From the NCBI RefSeq assembly GCF_009914755.1, contig NC_060926.1: a stretch of 64,000 bases of DNA. One strand, given 5' to 3'. Each line of letters starts with the position of its first letter. Positions within the stretch are counted from its first letter, which is position 1. Shown one piece after another: positions 57,101-64,000 of the stretch. A program made the position numbers and the translations under genes. Source of the DNA: the human T2T-CHM13v2.0 reference genome, Homo sapiens. The notes under the pieces were generated by a model, which worked only from the letters and a program-made list of their open reading frames with translations, was not told the origin of the DNA and made no database searches.

Positions 57101-60100
57101 ATATCAGAGATACATATCCATAAGCAAGTATTTCAGGTTGGCTTTTTTTTGTGGAATTTTGTCCATGCATACTCAAAGCTGGCTTTGCATTCTTGAATCC
57201 TCAGGCTTTGTAACACTTTTGGTTAAAGGTAGTAAGGTAGTCAAATTGGCCTGAAAATTCTGGAGAAGGTTTACTAAGGCTACTCATCTGGATATTTTAT
57301 GAAGGAGTTAAATCGTAATGACAGCTGGATAAAAACAAATATTTCTAATGACTACTCAAGGTATAGCTGACAACTGTTTGGGGAACAAAACAACAAGAGA
57401 AAAAAAATGATCTGTTTATGCCAAAAGGGCCCCCTGAAGTAGATTTTGTCACCATTGTGAATGTGGAGACAAACGTCCTCTGACTTGCTGTGTGCAAGTT
57501 CACTTGTCCTGCGCCATTACAAATCAGGCTTGCAAATGTGATGCATTAGTCCCAGGACAGAGAGCTCTGTTGCATACACCAAAGGCAGTGGACTTCCAGT
57601 GAACTTGCAAATATTCTGACTTTACACTTGTTTCTGTATGACCGAGAGTTGACCACACTGACAGGCTTGATTGCTTAAAAACAACATGCCAATCTATTAG
57701 CAATGCTTTTATTTGTTTCATTTTAAATATTTAAGGAACTTGAGAATGAAAGGAAATAATCTTCATTCTAGTTAGCAAATATATATGTAAGAGCAATCTG
57801 ATTTACAAATGTACCAAGTTTAATAAAAGTCATCTTGTTTTAAATGATCTGAAAAGATGAGCCACTGCAGAACCATAGAATCGAAACCTAGTTTTTTTGC
57901 TTAGAAGGAAAGTAAGAGCTAGAGGAATTATTCCAGTGTTCTGAAAAGGAGAGGACAAAAAAAGTCTAGAGTAGATTAGCTTTTTATTGACTCACATTTT
58001 CTCAAGCAATAGCTTCTCCAAAGTTCCTAACTCCTTCCTGAAAAAACAGAGGACTCAAGTAAATACATTTCTTCCTATGTTTCATATGAAAAAATGTTTA
58101 TCATGATTGATGCATGTTGTGAATTAGACTTGGAGGGAAAAGCAGTCATGGCAAAATTTATTTTCATGATGCTTAATTTGATGAATGTTACTTTATTGTT
58201 TATTACCAACTTGCACTTGCAATAGGAATTCTACACTTTAATATGGTCTGCTCCTCAAGAATGCCTAGATTCTAGTCTAAATTGTTTCACTAGCTAGTTG
58301 TGTGGCTTTAAGCAAGCTAAGTTTTAGCTCAGGGTTTTCAACTATAAAATGTGGTTGTCCATGATAGACTGTCTTTAAGATAACTTCTAAGTAGAAAGAT
58401 TGTGGTTCTAGGAATTTAGGTCTAATTCAGGATAAAATGGGAATCTATGCAAGATTTTTGAGTCCTAATATGACGAAAGTGCATCTTTTCAGTATTATTA
58501 AATAATTACATTGACTTTGCAATGATTCTGGGCAATTAGTTAAACTTCTTACTGGTAAGAGCTGGAAGGATAGTTTCTTCACAAAAGCTGGACAATTTAA
58601 TCCATCTTTGAGTAACAGTATCACTGCCCCCTTCAGTAAAGTTTTCTTTTTAAAGACATAATTTTACTCTTAACTGGTAACTTTACACACCCCTGCTCTG
58701 GATACATCTAATGCATAAAGTAATGTCAACCTTTATCTGGGCAAGTCCTCTATTCTTTTAGAGACAAAGCCCTGACAAGGAAATAAGATCCATTAGGAGA
58801 TATTCATGTGACAGAACCAGAGAAAAGCTCTTTGTATTACTACAACAGGCAAAGGCAACTAGCAGCTCAGGCTGAGACATCAGATATGTAAATCAGGCCA
58901 CTGCCAGATTCTATCGACTGAATCAACCCAGCCGTCATGGCTGAGTCGTGCTGACTTCCCGGCTCAGGGATTATCTGAGGACATCTTCTCACCTTCTCTG
59001 CTTGGCTTTTGCGCTTTGTATTTTATTTCCATCAGTATCAGTTAGAGATCTAGGAAGGAGGTGAAACTCAAATCGACCATTTTTTCTCCCTGACAACTTA
59101 GATAAATTACTTAGTTGAGAGGAAAATTTGAAATTTTTGACTTAAATTGTGGTTTGGATTATCGGTACATTTTAGCTATTCATCTCATTTGTTTTTTCTA
59201 TAGCTACTAATAATTGAAAGCTGACTGCAGAAAATAGAATAAATTTATAATTCTCAATACAATAGAAGCTGTTGACAGAGAGAAAAATCAAATCCCCTTA
59301 TGAAACAATTTCATATGAGCAATGATTTTATGTTCTGAGAATATTAATGATAAGATATGTGAGGACACAATTTGAGACTTTTATTACTAAAAGATTTCTG
59401 GTTATTTCTGAGGAATCTCAAAGAGAAGCTTGTTTTGAGGTAAAATTATACTCGATTATCTCTTTATGACGTTTATTAGACAATGGGAAAAACAGAAACA
59501 ACTTATACCATGGGGTTAACAAATATTTACTTGGGGGCTTTTGAGAAGAACTTGAACTATAAGGTTTTGGAGTATGTTTTGATCCTAAATTTATTTTACC
59601 TCAAATAAGCATGTAATAAAGTTTTAACATTTGTTTTACTTTCTGATGTTTGAGTATTATATTTCTACAGGGGTAATCCTATTAAAAGCTTTATGCTTAT
59701 TTTTCAGTACTTAATTTGAAAGAGAATTAAGAGCATACAAAATTACAGAAAAATGAGGAAGCCTAGGAAAAATAAGAGTGGAGAAATCTAGAGACAAAAA
59801 GAGAGATGGGAGTTCAAAAAGATAATTACAAGTTTGAGAAGTGGTCAGTAATAAATAAAATGTTTTATTGCACACACATATGTGGGTAGCAGACAGAGAG
59901 AAGAAATAAGTATCACAAAAGCAAAACGGGGAAAAAAGTGATTATGTAAATGGATGGATGCATCTGGCAATACAAAGCTGAATAAGATTGAGTCCCTGCT
60001 CTACTGGAATTACAATTTACTGGAGAAGTAACAAGATGGAAATAATATAGGTAAAGAATAAATCATAAGATAGAAAATAAAAAAATTCCATGAACAGATT

Positions 60101-61051
60101 TAAAAAAATAGAATGTTTTGGGAATATGGGGAGTGAGAAGGAGACAGAAGGGGAAATCAGGAAACTAATAGAGGAGAGGGCACTGAAGTGAGCTTTGAGG
60201 CCTGGCAGGATTTTGATCAGGGCAGATGGCTTAAGAAAGTTTCCCTAATAGAAAGAAATGTGTGGGAGGAGGAACAAGTAGGGTGTGTTTAGAGAAGCGT
60301 GATTCATCCATGTCAACTGAGACTTAGGGGAACTGGAACACCATAGTTCTAGGTTAGAAAAATTTTACTTCATTCAGTAACCAAGGGAGAAAATGACAAA
60401 GCCAGGAATTAGTACTGTAGTTTTGGATGATGATTCTGGAAGTGGTACTTAGGAAGGAGTGAGATCAGAAGGACCAGAACCTACTGGTAGCTGAGTGGGA
60501 CTTCAAGCCCACCTTTGAGTGCTGCTTGAGAGAATTCAGAGAAGATAGGAGATACTTCATTTTTTTGGTGGGAGTGGGGTGGGGGAGAGACAGGGAGGAT
60601 AAAATGGAGCAGATAATATTTTTAAAGGTGACTTTGCTGCCTCTGGAAGGATAAAAAACCCTATTCTGGTTCTCATTGCTATTATGTTCCAATACCACTT
60701 GCCTTGATATTGCAGTAATCTTTGATGTTAAGGGAGTGGAATTAGGTATTTATGAATATGACCTGGGACATAAGGAATGTATATACATTTATTTGACAGC
60801 TACTTATTTGGTGCCCACTGTGTGCCAAGCATGTTACACAAGAGAGTAATCATAAGGAAGGTGACACTAGCCTCAGTGTTAGGATGGATGGGGGTTGGAA
60901 CAGAGCTTATCCTTCTCCCTCCCATCTGTTGTGGTGAGACTATGGCTTACTTTTACTGGAGGTATCATGTGGGTCTCTCTGTATGTCGTCTTCCCAATGA
61001 GCCAGTTCAAGGATTCTGACAACCACCTTTTTGATGTTTATTTTGTAACAG

Positions 61052-61127
61052 ATGATTCAAGAGAGCCGGTTTCTCATAGAAATGGCGGACACAGTCCAGG
61101 AAAAGATTGTACAGTGTCAGAAAGCAG
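61052..61127 (+). CDS. PLCL1: PLCL1 coding exon 4 (MIQESRFLIEMADTVQEKIVQCQKA+G)
   Basis: Acceptor ttattttgtaacag|ATG, donor AAAGCAG|gtaatt. 76 bp, phase 0/1. Translated by hand; this frame is not in the ORF track. Confidence 0.92.
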
Positions 61128-61699
61128 GTAATTGTTTTTAATTTTTTTTTCTGTTTTTTTTTTCTATTTTGTTTGGAAACTATAATAATTCTTGGTAGAT
61201 TTTTTTTTCAGAAACTTTCTGCTTCTCTTAAAATGCAGTTATTTTATAGCAATGCTTAACTATACTTTAAGTTACACTTTAGTCTTTGTTTAGTACAGAC
61301 GAAATCCAAGTGATAATAGGTGGGTTGTATGTGAGCGTACAGGGTTGGGGTGGTGTCTGAAGAAGTCTAGAGGGATGAGGGTTTCTGAATCTAGTTTTGT
61401 GGTTTGGAACCCCATCAAAACCTTCTACTGCTGGTATTGAAGCTATGGTTCCATACAGTCCCTTAAAACCCACTTCAATTTTACAATTGGAACCAAAATC
61501 CTATTAATCTTCCAGGCTTTTGCCCCATTACTAGTCTTCACTTTAGATTTAGATTTGTTCTTTCTTTTTAAGTATGGGATGAGTCACATATCTGTGAGAG
61601 TGTACTTGTTTATTTCTGTTCACCTTCATCCACACCCTTGTGCTTTCATCTCCTGGATCCACAACCTTCTCTATCCACATACCCGATAATGATTATGAC

Positions 61700-62195
61700 G
61701 AGGAAGATGACAATAGTAGCAACTGCTTGATACATTGCATATGCTATACCAAGCACACACACTATCTTACTCATGACAACTCTGCAAAGTAATCATCATT
61801 ATATCCGATTTATAGATGAGGCATCTGAGATGCTGAGAGACTGAGTGACTTACCCTAGGTGCCATATCAACACGCGGTGGAGCTGCCCTTTGAATCCAGA
61901 CCAAACTTTTAAAATGGTGCTTTTCACTGGCTGACCAGCAGGCTTAGATATTTCTGTTGACAGGAAGCACAAAAATAATAATACCTGATACTTACATGAT
62001 GCCAGGCACTGCTCTGAGATCTTTATATGTACTGATTGACTTAAGCTTTACCTCTGTCCCATGAGGTAAACCCACTTGTTAACCACATGTCACCCGTGAG
62101 GAAACTGAAGACCAGAGATGTCAGGGTCTTTCCGAGACTCACATAGCTAGTAAGTGGTAGAGCTGGGCTCCACACTCATGTTCTTTACTATGTGC
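61700..62195 (-). mobile_element. Two antisense MIR elements
   Basis: tttatagatgaggcatctgag...gagtgacttaccctagg, and gtgaggaaactgaag...cacatagctagtaagtggtagagctggg. Confidence 0.7.
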
Positions 62196-62204
62196 TATGT
62201 TTGT

Positions 62205-62785
62205 GATGTTAGCACCAGGAAAGTTAACGTGGTCTTAGGCTGCATTAATAAAAATATAAAAACTAGAACAAGGAGAATGGTGGTAGATCCCTGACCTCAT
62301 GTAGGCTTCTCCAAGCCCATTTTGAGTACAGTGTTCACTCCTGGAGGCAAGTTCCCACAGAGCTCAGCTCCAGGAAACTGGGCAATGCAGTGGCCTTGCC
62401 TGGATGCCATCTTTAAAGAAGAGTTTCATTGGCAAGCTGAATATGTTTGAATGGTTAACTGAGAGAAGACTTGAAGGGATTTTACCCAATATCTTTCTTC
62501 AAATATCTAAAAGCTTGCACTGTAGAAAAGAGTTTAGACCTTTTTGGTCTGTGTCCAGCTAGCACCAAGGAGTAGAAGTTCCAAGGAAGGAGATTTTTGG
62601 CTTGATGTCAGTCATAGCTTTCTGAAGATGGAATGAGCTGTTCATAAGAGAATATGATTTCCATCTTTAAGGTGCTAAGACAAAGGCTGAAGAAATGTGA
62701 TGGTGATGGTTTTCATAATCTTCAAGCTCGAGCAGATGGTTGAGCTAAAAATACTTTAAGGTCATTCCCAAATCTGAAATACTTG
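62205..62785 (+). mobile_element. CR1/L3 LINE remnant
   Basis: tcttaggctgcattaata...gagtacagtgttcactcctgg...tcttcaaatatctaaaagcttg...atggaatgagctg. Confidence 0.65.
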
Positions 62786-63046
62786 GGTGTTTCCCAAAAT
62801 GCTATTTTTAAAAAAGCCTTTTTATTTTTAGCCAACATTACTGATTACTCATTGTTATCTATGTGGGTTCCAGGACCTACTATTAAGCGACAGGGATGGT
62901 TCATAAAGAAAAATAAGACATATGCATTCCTCACATATGGTTGCCATTGACACATCAGACCATTTCATGCATAAACCAGGAAGAGGACAAACAAGGTCCA
63001 TGTAACCTGTTGGAATAATTTGCTTCTTACTTATTTACTTATTAAA

Positions 63047-63321
63047 ATTTTTTTTAATTTTTAATTTTTGTGGGTACATAGGAGGTGTATATATTTTTGG
63101 GGTACATGAGATGTTCTGATACAAGCATGTAATGTGTAACAATTATATCATGAAAAATGGGGTATCCATCCCCTCAAGCATTTCTCTTTTGTGTTACAAA
63201 CAATCCAATTATACTGTTTTAGTTACTTTTAAATGTACAATTAACTTATTATTGATTATAGTCATCTTGTTGTGTTATCAATTACTAGGTCTTATTCATT
63301 CTTCCTATTTTTTTGTACCCA
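63047..63321 (-). mobile_element. L1MA 3' end
   Basis: tttttgtgggtacataggaggtgtatatattt...aaaatggggtatccatcccctcaagcattt. Confidence 0.85.
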
Positions 63322-63593
63322 TAGAATTTACTTTTTTCCTTCTCATGTCATTTTCTATGGCTCCTGGCTGTTTTAAATACAATTTAGCCTAATGCATTGA
63401 CTGTTGTCAATTTGTGCATAAGGACAGCTACTTGGTGGGATGAACAGAATGAAAAGGATAATTCAATTTAGGGATTTGGAAATTATGAGAAGACAGGAAT
63501 GTGAAATTATATTTTACTGATAATATTTTCATTATAAGATGCCCATTTTTCTGAGATATATACTCAGATTTCTTATGCATTCTTTCTTCAAAG

Positions 63594-63703
63594 GGATGGA
63601 GTTCCATGAAGAACTTCATAATTTGGGGGCAAAAGAAGGCTTGAAGGGAAGAAAACTCAACAAAGCAACTGAGAGCTTTGCTTGGAACATTACAGTATTG
63701 AAG
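63594..63703 (+). CDS. PLCL1: PLCL1 coding exon 5 ([37 protein letters not shown])
   Basis: Acceptor tctttcttcaaag|GG, donor TTGAAG|gtagat. 110 bp, phase 1/0, complementing exon 4. Matches ORF 63539..63769. Confidence 0.93.
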
Positions 63704-63804
63704 GTAGATGAAACACTCAGATGTCCCCTGTGCCTTTACTTTTCTTCTCCTCATCTCTCCAATGTGTAGAGAAATGTAAAGGATTAAATATGATGGTTTG
63801 GATT

Positions 63805-64000
63805 TTTAAACCTTCACTTTAGATTCAGGGTTACATGTGCAGGTTTGTTATATAGGTAAACTGTGTGTCGCGGGGGGCTGGAGTGCAGATTATTTTGTCA
63901 CCCAAGTAATAAGCACCTAGTATGCAATAGGTAGTTTTTTGACCCTCTCTCTCCTCCCACCCTCCATCCTCATGTAGTCCCTGGTGTCTGCTGTTCCTCT
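63805..64000 (-). mobile_element. Older L1PA (PA13-16-like) 3' end, running off the window
   Basis: ttttagattcaggg...tacatgtgcaggtttgttatataggtaaactg...cccaccctccatcctc. Confidence 0.8.

Noticed and set aside
60895-61131. ORF-track peptide overlapping exon 4
   Set aside because: Wrong frame. The spliced frame starts at ATG 61052 (MIQESRF).

Overview
Primate (most likely human) genomic DNA from inside the PLCL1 (PRIP-1, inactive phospholipase C-like 1) gene on the + strand. Bases 1-43523 are the 3' part of a very long intron (exon 1 lies outside the window). Four coding exons follow, all with canonical AG/GT ends and matching phases: a 2475-bp exon (43524-45998) encoding the PP1-docking motif, PH, EF-hand, X, Y and C2 domains, then 48625-48828, 61052-61127 and 63594-63703. 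Exon numbers 2-5 come from my recollection of the human gene. The rest is typical mammalian intron: about 13 Alus, L1, L2, MIR, CR1, MaLR/ERVL LTRs, MER DNA transposons and simple repeats; subfamily names were assigned by eye. I find no prokaryotic features, CRISPR arrays or RNA genes, and no clearly new biological system. The best leads are: (1) exon 2 and exons 2+3 are phase-0, stop-free and flanked by inverted Alus, so back-spliced circles would be endless ORFs; (2) a 134-bp non-Alu inverted duplication; (3) an orphan piece of a young L1 5'UTR; (4) a fold-back palindrome scar inside an L1 fragment.
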